Shown here piece after piece: positions 26,814 to 38,252 of a stretch of 64,000 bases of DNA. Each line of letters opens with the position of its first letter. The first letter of the stretch is position 1. The DNA comes from Octopus sinensis (lineage: Eukaryota). The translations under genes and the position numbers were made by a program. The DNA lies in contig NW_021833024.1 of NCBI RefSeq assembly GCF_006345805.1, positions 186,001 through 250,000 of the forward strand. The letters run 5' to 3'. The notes under the pieces were generated by a model. The model saw only the letters and a program-made list of their open reading frames with translations, was not told the DNA's origin and ran no database searches.

Positions 26814-26912
26814 GCAGACTTAACTAAAATAATAAATGTAACATTTGATAATTTTTAATATTTAAAATTATAGAAATATTTAATTATTTATAAAATAATT
26901 TAAGTGATAAGT
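26814..26912. promoter_or_regulatory. ~100-bp AT-rich head-to-head spacer (putative bidirectional promoter)
   Basis: Lies between the divergent ATGs of B56 and gamma-tubulin. Confidence 0.45.
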
Positions 26913-28585
26913 ATGCCGCGTGAAATCATTACTCTCCAACTTGGTCAATGTGGTAACCAAAGTACTTTTCCTTCTAATAAACAGTCGGCTTTGAATTTTG
27001 GAAACAGCTTTGTGCAGAACACGGAATTAGCCCAGGTTAATTAGCATTTCTAGTTAATATTCAAGACGGCATTCTCCAGGAACATGCAATCGATGGAAAT
27101 GACAGAAAAGATGTCTTTTTCTACCAGGCTGACGACGACCACTACATTCCACGTGTCGTTCTTGTGGATTTGGAGCCTCGAGTCATCAGTACCATCAGAA
27201 ATTCGAAATATGCTCATCTTTATAACCCAGAAAACATTTTTGTGTCCAAAGATGGAGGCGGGGCTGGCAATATTTGGGCTTCTGGATATGTCCACGTTTT
27301 TTTTATTTTGATATTGACAGGCCTCTAAGCTCTACGAGGAGATTTTTGATATCATAGATAGAGAGGCAGACGGTTCTGATAGTCTTGAGGTTAATTTATA
27401 ATTTATTTTATTATTAAATTTATATTTAATTAATTATATATATTATTTATTTTAATAAATAAATAAAATAAATTTAAAATTGTTGATGATGTGGTGATAG
27501 GGGTTTACAATATGTCATTCCATTGCTGGTGGGACAGGATCTGGAATGGGATCTTATATCTTAGAAAAACTAAATGATAGGCAATTATTCGATCAAATAT
27601 ATATATAGATATCCCAAAAAACTAGTACAGACATATTCTGTCTTTCCTAACCTCCAAGAAATGTCAGATGTCGTAGTACAGCCTTACAACTCAATCCTCA
27701 CTATGAAAAGACTAACAGAAAATGCAGATTCAGTAGTTGTATTGGACAATACTGCCCTACATCGAATTGCCTCTGAACGTTTACATGTAGAGAATCCCTC
27801 CTTCTCCCAAATAAACCAAATTGTACTCTCCTGATGACATTGAAGGTCTCAACTGTAATGTCAGTGTCGACCTCAACACTTCGTTATCCTGGCTTTATGA
27901 ATAATGATTTGGTCGGGCTTATAGCCTCGTTAGTGCCCACTCCTCGGCTTCATTTCCTTATGACGGGATACACTCCAATATCCACGGAATCTCAAGTTTA
28001 GTGTTTATTTATGTTAGATTTCCTCTGTGATGAAAACTTCGGTTTTGGATGTAATGAGACGACTGTTGCAGCCTAAAAATATGATGGTCAGTACTTCGCA
28101 GAGAAGGAACTCCCAACATTGTTATATTTCTATTCTCAATATAATCCAAGGGGAAGTTGAGCCTTCTCAGGTATGAGTGACCATTTGACATTGAAGGTGC
28201 ATAAAAGTCTGCAAAAAATCCGTGAACGAAAGTTGGCGAGATTTATTTCTTGGGGACCTGCGAGTATCCAAGTGACCCTTTCGAAGAAGTCTCCGTATGT
28301 TCAGAGCAGTAACAGAGTGTCTGGACTAATGTTGGCCAATCATACGAGCATTTCTACGGTAGTGGTGTAGGTTGATGATAGCTGTTTGAGACTACATTGA
28401 AGCAGTATGACAGACTTAAGAAGAGGGAGGCGTTTTTGGATCAGTACAAACGAGAGGAGATGTTCAGGGATAATCTCGACGAGTTTGATAGTTCCCGGCA
28501 AGTAGTGCAGGAGCTTATTGATGAATATGTTGCAGCTACTAGGCCAGATTATCCCGATTGGTGTTCTGGGAATGTACTTCAGTAG
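26913..28585 (+). CDS. TUBG1: Gamma-tubulin, 9 introns (23, 30, 25, 111, 28, 23, 22, 26, 23 nt)
   Basis: [57 protein letters not shown]; intron 27581-27608 is GC-AG. Confidence 0.99.
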
Positions 28586-29237
28586 TTGTTCATTAATTAA
28601 TAGTTGTTTTTTATTTTTTAAAAATAAATTAGTCGTTCAAATTTTGTTACCTGCCGATTTCATGCAATTTGATGGCAATTGAGACTCTTTTTTCCAATTT
28701 GAGACTTTTATTTTGTTAGTAATTGGCGAGGTTGGAAATTACGTTTTTAATTTGTGACTTTTTAAACTTAAACCAAAATCCAAAGATATGAAGTCGAATG
28801 GTTAAAATTACGTAAAAAGTTTAAGCACTTTTATATTTCAAATATTTTTGATCAAGTTTTTGTTCTTTTGTTATGACAATAAATATATTTCTAAATTGCG
28901 AGGATTGTAAAATATTTGAGCTTGTCTGTTTAGGATCTTAGCCTTAGATCGAAGAAACGGTAAACGAATCTACAAGATTACACTTATCTATTAAAAAGAT
29001 GGTTCCCATTGTTTTGAACTTTACCGCCTCGACCTGTAGTTTTATTTATCTATTTTATTACAACAAAGACTACGATAAAAACCGAACAAAAGTCACGTGA
29101 TCCCGATGCACTCAACCAGGAATCTCATCCTCGCTCGGTGATCTTTCCACAAGCCCACACAAGATCTCGACTACTCTTTCAGCTATCTACCCTAGCTTGC
29201 ATCTAACCTTATTCTCAAATGAATAACAATAAAGTTA

Positions 29238-30918
29238 CAGTAAAACCTCTCGAATCCGCCGAATTTTTTCAAGAATACAAAATTTCCTATGAGAAATTCC
29301 CGAATCCGTCAATTTCTCGAATCCGCCGCATTTTTAGAAATATATATTTTTTATTTTCTTAATTATTATTATTTTTTTTAAATTCAAAAACACTTTTACA
29401 CGAGACATTATCATTTAATTGTGTGTTTGGTCCTGTTAATTGTAATGAAACGTAATTGTACCAGATTGAAAAATTCCGAAAACAACAAATTATTAAATTT
29501 ATCGATCAAAATCCAGGGATTTCGCTTACAAGAGTGTCCGCTATCTTTTCCGAAAGATTCAGACGCGTTATTTCAAGACGATCCTTAAACGACCTTAGGA
29601 GCAGAAGGAATGTATCTGCCTTTCAATCCATATTTAAAGTTCAATGAAATTGATGAAGATACTATGTCATGGATTGAAATGATGGAAACCAGAGGAGCAA
29701 TTCTTAATGATTCGATTATTCTTACAAAGGCTGAAGACTTTGCGAAGAAACGTCAAATAACTGAGTTTAAAGCCAGTCGTGGATGGCTTGAAAAATTTAA
29801 AAAAGACATGGGTTTAAATTCAAGAAACTTTATGGAGAATCTTCTACAGAGAATTTCTCAAATTCTGAATTTAATGATTTTCTCATTAATATAAGAGCAA
29901 AAATAAAATTATATGGTCGCGAAAATGTCTATAATACAGATGAGACAGGATTATTTTATAAAGCTCTTCCATATAAAAACATTTGCAAGATCAAGAGATA
30001 TGGGCATAAATTATTGAAGGATCGAATATCGATAATGTTCTGTTCAAAACTAACACCATTCATAATTGGAAAATTCAAAAATCCTAGATGCTTTAAAAAT
30101 TTATCGAAGTTTTGTGACCTATCATAATTCAAAAAAAGCATGGATGGATTCTAAGTTATTCAATACATTTTTGTTCGAATGGGATATCAGATTGGCTAAA
30201 GAAAAACGCAAAATACTACTCGTAATTGACCAATGTCCATCTCACAAGATTTTTACAAATTTACAGCAAATTGAAATAATGTTTTTGCCGGCAAATGCTA
30301 CGTGTTTATTACAGCCGATGGACCAAGGAGTCATTAATATGCTTTAATTTATACCTATCAAGCATGGACAAAGTTAAATAGTACAACAATAATAAATTGT
30401 TTTCGACATGCTAAATGGACCGAAGATTTTATTGAAGAAATATATGACGAGTCTTTGCTTGAAACTTATCAGCAATTCGTGTCAAAACTACAAATAAATG
30501 ATCCAATTCCTGAGGAAGAGTATCTTCTATACGAGTATACAGAGAATGAAGAGATCCTGGACAATTTGGATGAAAATGATGATGAGGACATTGATTTTGG
30601 AGAAAAAAAGAATGAACAAGTCGTTTTAGACCACGATGCTTTGAATGCTCTCCATACATTGAGGAAGTACTTCAAACAAAAGGATGAAACTAATTTAAAT
30701 GTCTTCAATCACCTTAATGATGTTAGTAGAAACATCAAAATAAATATTAAAACTAAAATAACTGACTATATTTATAGAAATTAATGTCTTCATTTTTTAA
30801 TTAGTCTATAAAATTAAAAAAATGCATTTTATTAACAAATAAAAATATTCAAATTTGTCTCTCGAATCCGCCAAATTTGCGACCTGGGAAATTACGGCGG
30901 ATTCGAGAGGTTTTACTG
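29238..30918 (+). mobile_element. Tigger/pogo element with both TIRs, frameshifted transposase
   Basis: TIR CAGTAAAACCTCTCGAATCCGCC, TA flanks; FKASRGWLEKFKK, YNTDETG, LVIDQCPSH, LQPMDQG. Same family as 21060-22156. Confidence 0.95.
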
Positions 30919-31047
30919 TATTAATATTCTCAAATTATGTTGGTATTTATATCTTTGGCAAAATTAATAGTGTAGCAAATGCGTACCGAAACTGCACAAG
31001 CAAAAGACATTACGTCTATTTTTACTAATTAATAATTAAATCAGTTA

Positions 31048-31593
31048 CAGTCTAGCCTCTTTTTGGGGCACCTAGTGCCCCAAAAACAGGGGTTTCCCCA
31101 GATAGAGGGGTTTTCTAATATTAACGAAAAAAACTAACGTTTTGTTAATTTAAAACCAAAAGATGTTTATTCTTAATTTCATTTAACAATTTTAGTCTTT
31201 ACTTGTCGGGAAATGATCCGTTATTTTCGCTCCGAATTGGTACTTTTGAATTAATCGATCCATTGTCAAATTAATCGATCCAAAACGACCTTGTCGGGAA
31301 ATGAATGTTTATCACTATTATCGGGTTCTCTGAAGCCCTCAGAACCTTCACATCCATCAAAATTACATCCATCAAAACAACAGAAACAGGTTATTATTAG
31401 TTATTATAAAATAAAATGCAAAAATTATAACTAAAAAATATATAAAATATTAAATGCCCCATAACGGGGTTTATCTTATAAAGAATAAACAGAAAAACTC
31501 CTAATAGAAATTCAAATTGCCCCAAAACCCGAGGGTGCCCCAAAATCCGAGGGTGCCCCACGTCCGGGGTCGCCCCAATAAGGGGTTGCACTG
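31048..31593. mobile_element. Tc1/pogo-type MITE (546 bp)
   Basis: Imperfect TIRs CAGT..GGGGC, TA flanks, subterminal CCGAGGGTGCCCC tandem units; non-coding. Confidence 0.8.
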
Positions 31594-31649
31594 TATTAAG
31601 GATTAAAATAAAGTCTAATAGATCTTAATAAATTCATTTCTACGAGCTC

Positions 31650-32900
31650 ATCCTCGATCGGTGATCTTTTCAGATACCTGGTGGGAACTGTTTTTCCATA
31701 AACCGGATAGGCTTCTGAGCAAGTTCATTTTTTTCACATTTACGAAGAAGGTTTTCTGCGTGCAGAGAGAAGCAGAGGTGCATGTCGAGGGTTACCCCTA
31801 GAACTGTCTGACTTCTGTAGAAGTGCACGGACACATTGTCCAACTTCAAGTCGACCGAAGCCCTTCCCAATCTTTTGTCAGATGTGAAAATGGACGTAGG
31901 TCATAAAATTCTCGAGACATGTTGGCTATGACTAGGGCAACCACAAATATGACCTTAAAATGATTCAAATATGACCTTAGTCATAGCCTATGACTAAAGG
32001 AGATGAAAAGCTCTGGTTTGTCGTGAAATGGTATTTAATTATGTTTATTGCTTTTAGGGTGCACTCTTTTGAAATTGATTTAGTTCTAGCCTCCCAGGTC
32101 AAGGAAGGGCGGGAGATCTTCCAGGAAAAGTTGATAAAGGCCGAGGATACGGGGGATTCCTGGGGTATCCCGTTGGGCAGGAGTCAAGACGTAGATTTCA
32201 GGCCTCCGAGACATACTCCTCCCCTTCGTCCACCTAGGAAGTTGGTGATCCAAAGTTTGAGTTTCTGCGAAAATTTAATTTGGAATATCTTCCTTGAAAA
32301 GAGCTTTTTGAGACAGAGTCGAAGGCTTTGTAAATGTTTACGGAGCAAAGCATGGTCTTTTAGTGCTTTAATTTGCTTCCATACCACTACGAATGAATTC
32401 CGTCAATGACTGTAAATATGAAGATGTGGACTTTTCATTCTTGCACCCATGTTGAAAAGGCCTCGGGTAAAAACTCTTATATTCTTCCAAGAACCATCCT
32501 TTCCGGGATTTTTGAAATGGGCATAACAGGGAAACCGGTCGTCTTTTGGTCTTCCACGTTAGAGCCTGTTTTTATAGTGACGGAATCACATTATGATTGA
32601 TCGAGTTCTCGAAGATGACCGTTAGAAATGTGACTTCTTCGACACTAAGATTTTTTAATAGAATGACTGGGATTTTGTCCGGGCCATGAGAGTACTACGT
32701 TTTTGGAGTGCAATGTATCCTCCGCCTATTTTACTGAGAAGAGGAGAGGTTCCGTTTGTTTTTTTTAGGCTTCTGTTTAAGAGAAATGAATCCGATTTCC
32801 TGTGCTCATTGTGTGCTGTTTTCGCGTCAAATTTGATGAGGTTGTTCACGTCTTTTTGATTATATTTTTTAGTAGATTTAATATCGTTGCCCTTGTAGTT
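31650..32900 (-). mobile_element. Decayed LINE RT region
   Basis: GPDKIP, RPVSLL, KAFDSV, WITNFLGGR and PQGSP motifs across frames. Confidence 0.85.
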
Positions 32901-33076
32901 AGGATTCTAACCCAAAAATCTGAAAAATAGCATAAAATTAATCTTTTAGCTTAAAGAGCGTTTAACACAACCAGATTAGATAGCTTAAAAATATAAAATC
33001 TAAACAAAATTAGCTTTTTCTGATAGGTTATGAAAACACATATTCGGCAATATATTAAACAAATCAAAATATAATG

Positions 33077-34721
33077 TCACACATTACGACAAGTCCATTC
33101 AACGACCATTTTCAAAATCAACAGACATGCTTTCATCGATTTAGTCCATGTGGGATCTTTCGGTCCCCTAAACCTGAGAATTACAAGCCGCTCACAACCT
33201 TATCGGAAAAGTCGCATTTTCACACAAAATTGAATCTCCAGAAATTTCACAAGGAAATGAAAACGAAGAATCTCTTTCTTTTATGTAATTTATAAGCTAT
33301 AAAAACAAAACACACCCAACCAGTTCTAAACACCGCAACAGTCCAACCAAAGCTTTATTAAATCTAACAAATTAAAAACAACTAAAACGGAGAATTGTCA
33401 TCCTGGTTGGTTAGGGCGGTCAAATTACTGAAATCATTCAAAATTAACATACAAAGGATAAACGGAGTTTTTTACAATTCCAAAATGCTTGACGGAGGAA
33501 ACTGCTCCACAGTGAACCAATTCATAACTATTCGATAAAATAAGTCAAAAACTGAGAATGAAAAACTTGTAACCGACGTTGAAGCACATTTGTTAGAAAC
33601 AAGGTCTGTCCCAAAGCCCCGTTCAATTCCGTGAGCGGAATCTGGTAATCAAACCGAATTACCTGCGAGGAAGGAATACAAGCCAGTCTGAATCCGTTGA
33701 TGGTCCCCGAATGCACATCAAACGAGATCGGAAAGGCGAGATCGAGCGAGTTTGTTGAACTGAGGAACTTGATCTCCTCCTGGCAGTAAGAAATCCCATA
33801 AGCAAGATCCATACTTTCAATTTCCATGGAAAAAAGTTCCTCTTGCATATCTACCGCCTTTTTCTGATACCTTTGAATAACAGATATCACAAAACCGAGT
33901 TATTTCCTCGTTGCATTGCTCTATTTTGTTTGATGTCTCATTTATTTGTCCACATACTCGCACACGCTCTTCTTCCACCTGTGCCAACTCGTTTTCCAGT
34001 CGTGCTTCTTCTTCCAACAATTCAGAAAGCTCGTCGGGAGATGTCTTTTGGGCGATGAGGGTTCCAGAATCAAAGGTCTCCTGGATTAAGGAATTTAGTT
34101 TACTATAAAAGTAAAAAATAAACCAAAACTGATATTCTTCGTATTCTCGTTCAACTTTGATAGTCGTGGAGTCGAAATGTCGCATTATTTGGTCGCAACA
34201 ACTCTAAAATGGCACAAAAATTTAACCTGACAAAGAGGGTTGTCGACACCCGTTTCAGTGGTCAATTTATCGAACAAATCAGACAGGGCTTTGTCAGATG
34301 GATCGGATGTTTCGATATCTCTTTATATAAATAAGTTATTATTTTTTTAATTGTAAGGTAAAATTAATTTGAATTAATTATGTAATAAAATGTTACATGA
34401 GACATACTTTTCAATGTGTGCTGGGTAGTCAAATTTTAACAATTTTAGACGAGTCTCGAGATCTATCTTCTTTGAAATAAATATATTTAATCTACTGATA
34501 TAGTCGGAAGAGAGGATCTGAGTTTTTCAGATAAATGGCTAAACCTCGTTGATTTGCTTGTAATTGACGCGTAGCTAGTGATCATCCGTTTGCTCTCAGA
34601 TGACCAACTTTCGTCGATTTTCAGGGGCGACCCGCAGCCTTGACACGCAAAACAGACAGTGATAAGCTAATTTGAAAAAATAGGGAATCAAAAATAAAAG
34701 GCGAACTTGTTCAATGTCCAT
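33077..34721 (-). CDS. BECN1: Beclin-1 (Atg6)
   Basis: VCFACQGCGSPLKIDES, LFDKLT..VDNPLCQ, coiled coil, GTINGFRL, ELNGALGQ, WTKSMK; many mini-introns. Confidence 0.95.
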
Positions 34722-34989
34722 TATCACAATACTGCTAATTCCTATTAAAATATATTAGATTTTATTAGTATTCGAACATAATAATTTATAATAAATTAAA
34801 AAAATAGATATTTGAAAAAAATGTGTGCTGTCTCAAAAATCTTTCAGCCAAGCAAGGAGAATATCTCGGTATAGAAGTCAGTTAATGGAATTTTTACTGA
34901 CGTTTCTAAAACGAGGAAATATTTACTTCTCCGTAGATTAGCCTGAGGGGCTTTCTCTAGGCATTATATTAGTCTGAGTAAAAGTGTCT

Positions 34990-35465
34990 TTTTTTTAATT
35001 AATTTTTATTCAACAAATAATTTAGTTAGTATTTTTTAAGGACAAATATAAAAAGAAACTAATTAGCTAATAAAGCCATCCATCCGAAGTGGACCCCGCC
35101 AACATAATTGACGTTGCGTTGCCTCTCACGATAGCAACGGAGATCAACTGGAGAAGCCACCGGGTCTCACGTGTGTCGTGGCTTTTTAATGTGACTAAGC
35201 GTCCAAGCTTCTTTAGGAAGTGAAGCGATTTCCCACTTATTCCTCCAGTTGTCTCGACCACAATCGGACAGAACACGAATTGGTCTCGCAGCGCTTCATA
35301 TTTTCTCTTCTTTGCCCTCATCGTTGTTTCCGCGCCATACAGTGTGTCCACTGCGCTCCCGGCAATGTCGGACGGGTAGAGTGTGTCCACACAGGTTGCG
35401 TCCCAGACTAGGGGTTTCCCCTCTTCAAATAGGAAAATTGTGATCCCATCAGGACGTTTGCGTCC
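34990..35465 (-). mobile_element. 5'-truncated CRE-type retrotransposon with A-rich tail
   Basis: KRPDG, FCPIVVETTGG, WLLQLISVAIVRGN; 3' junction poly(A) abuts AGACACTT. Confidence 0.92.
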
Positions 35466-35791
35466 CTGTCTTGGCGTATTAAAACTTCATCTCCATGTTC
35501 AATTTCGTCGTACTTCAATCTTCAATTTTTTCGCCTGATTTCACAATATTTTCGAGGGCAATTCTTCGTTTTTCTTCCCCTTTCAAATTCTTTCAAAGCG
35601 AAGTAAAATAGCCTTCAAAATCTAATAGTGCTTGCAATTTTGTTTTTTCATATTTTTTTAGAAAGATCCAAATTAAAAAAAATTCCAATGGTCTTTGCCT
35701 TCTTGTATCGTGGATAGCATAGTTGTAATCACGAACAATGTCTCTTATCAAATGAATATAACATCAAAAATTGCCTCTCGATACATTAGAG

Positions 35792-36610
35792 CAGGCATTC
35801 TCAACCTTTTTTTGTTCATCGCCCCCTTAGATATTTTATCGCCCCCCTTTGAAATTTTATCGCCCCCTTGTCCACATACAATTTAAAAATTTTTGGGGAT
35901 TGTCCCTTAATTGGTTGTTTTTTGTATATAACTCGAAAATCAAAATATAAAATAATAAATCAAATGTAAAAAAATTGAATTTTTATTAAAAATTATTAGT
36001 GAGACCCTTGCTAAATATTCTATGTCGGGTTTAATTCTGCTCAACTTTAGGCGTATATCGCCTCTATAACAAACTTCCAGTCTATTTCTTTCACATTATG
36101 ATTGACAAAACTAAATCCACTTTCAACTAAATAAGTGGTAGGGAATGTCAATAGTACATTACTCATATCCTTCCATAAATTTGGAAATTTCATTTGTAGA
36201 TCTTTTGATTGCCAAAATTTAGAGATACCATCCTGTTGAAATCTGTGAATATATTCTTCATTATATTTCAATTCAATTATCTCTTCTTGGATTGTTTCGT
36301 TCATATCTTCAGGACTTTGAATAAACCCATATTTTAATTATTCGTTTTGATAATGACGACTTTTCTAATTTGAGCGAGAAGACATCTTAGATACCAAACA
36401 AGAATGTAAAAACAGCGTGCTATTTTAAATATAAAATTTAAGGATAAACACTATAGAAAAAATATTAATAAATCTGAAACATTATTAAATTAACATGTAT
36501 AAATACTTGTATTATATTAAAATTCGAATATTTTATTAAATATATTATCGCCCCCCTGTACAAAATTTTCGCCCCTAGGGGGGCGATTCGCCCCCGGTTG
36601 AGAACACCTG
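35792..36610 (-). mobile_element. Non-autonomous hAT/Buster element, 819 bp, perfect 8-bp TSD
   Basis: TIRs CAGGCATTCTCAACC / GGTTGAGAACACCTG; TSD CATTAGAG; remnant LLTFPTTYLVESGFS. Confidence 0.95.
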
Positions 36611-37012
36611 CATTAGAGGATAAGATCCATCGTTTTATTGACTGATTAAATCTATCTGAATGAACAAAAAATACCGTTCGACTTGTCTCCGTATTAAAAG
36701 ACAGTTTGTTTGTCGAATCGGAAATGAGTATTGGTTTGAAATTATGAATCACCAAGAACTACTAAATGGAGTTTTAAATAAAGAATTTTGTATCCACTTT
36801 ATATAGTTTAACTATAGTATTTTGTGTTTTACACTAATATGTTTAGTGCAAAGTTTATTAGCTATAAATAAACGTTGTTAAGAATATTTTTAAGAATAAA
36901 ACTCAGAAGTTTAAAAAAATTTGACACAATTTTGAGCAGTTTGGCGATCCGCCAGGCTGCTTCCTTTCGATTAATCGATATTAATTAATAACGAATCTTA
37001 TTAAATATATAG

Positions 37013-37608
37013 ATTTTTTTTTTTTTTTAAACCTATGAATTTAATGAAAATAATAACTGTAAACGAAAACAGAGAGAAAAGAGAGTTAACAAGAGGACTT
37101 CCCCGCCTCGTAGATGGAGAAACAGTTTCCACGTACAATGGCAAGGGAAATCCTCTGAAGGAGCCATCCACACTCACGCGTGTCGTTTCTCTTGCGAGAA
37201 ATCAGACGACCCAGCTTTTTGAGGAAAATGAGTGACCTGTCACCGATTACGCCAGAGGTCTCCACGGCGATCGGGGTAAACAGATAGCGTTCCGAGAGAT
37301 TGGTGTACTTTGAAATCTTTAATTCTTCTGCTCTGCGAGAAGCAGAGCCAGCTGCGACAGCTGAAGGAGGAAGATTTAGTTCAGAAAAGTATCTGAGCAA
37401 GTTGCATCCCATATCAGCGATTTTCCGAACTCGAATGGGAAGGTGGATAGACCGTCAGGCCTCTTTCCGTCTCCCCTAGCAAGCCCAACTGGTTCGAGAA
37501 TTGATGGGATTCCGGCAGCTTTGAGCTCCCTCAGGACGACGTCATTTAGGGCAGCGTGGCGTGGGGCACGCCCAGCACTGCGTCTGCAGGAAAGAGGGTG
37601 TAATTTTA
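37013..37608 (-). mobile_element. 5'-truncated CRE-type retrotransposon (Zn knuckle + RLE) with poly(A)
   Basis: [49 protein letters not shown]; long T-run at 37016-37029. Confidence 0.93.
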
Positions 37609-37816
37609 ACAAAATCGATAAAGAAATTCATTAAATTTTATTATTTGATATCAATTTTATTTATTTATTTTTTTTAAAAAAGAAATTAAAGATAGCTAAG
37701 TCAATTTTATTTGTTTTCAATCTAATTTGTTCAGACATTTCTTCCTAATGAAGCATTTTGGAAAACATTTACGAATTTGTAAAGGAGGAATAATAAACAC
37801 GGAAAGCATTTCAGTA

Positions 37817-37911
37817 TGCTCATAATCCTCACATGTGTAATAAAGTACAGCCAAATTGACAAATGCACGTTCGTTGTGTTGGGAAGCATCAATTGACTTG
37901 AAAAATGATTT
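37817..37911 (-). repeat. Inverted 95-bp copy of TTC37 coding sequence (39414-39508)
   Basis: 93 of 95 positions identical; flanked by direct repeats AAGGAGGAATAATAAACA at 37782-37799 and 37916-37933. Confidence 0.95.
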
Positions 37912-38252
37912 CAGTAAGGAGGAATAATAAACAATAGCCCCTAATTATTTTGCATCAAAGTATGCAATTCAGGGCTTCTCGTAGGTTTTCAGGTTGTCTG
38001 CTAATTATTAAAAACTCCTCTCAATGTAAATTCGGAAAAACAGATTCTTAAAATTTTTACAAAATTGTCAGATTTGTTAAAACAAGTAGTTTTTATGCCA
38101 AAATTTAATTTTTATTAATCAAAATATTGGAAAATCTATTTAATTATTTTTTTACATATTTATGATTATATTTTCATAACATATTATCCTAAATAAAATA
38201 AAATAAATAACGAAAGAACTTGTTGTTGTTTATATTTTTGCTGGCTACAAAT

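Noticed and set aside
29124-29146. 23-nt motif CTCATCCTCG[C/A]TCGGTGATCTTT repeated at 31647-31669
   Set aside because: Only two copies, next to LINE debris; most likely fragments of one retroelement, with no structure or spacer pattern.
31990-32600. + strand ORFs of 139 and 64 aa
   Set aside because: Antisense shadows of the decayed LINE RT on the minus strand.
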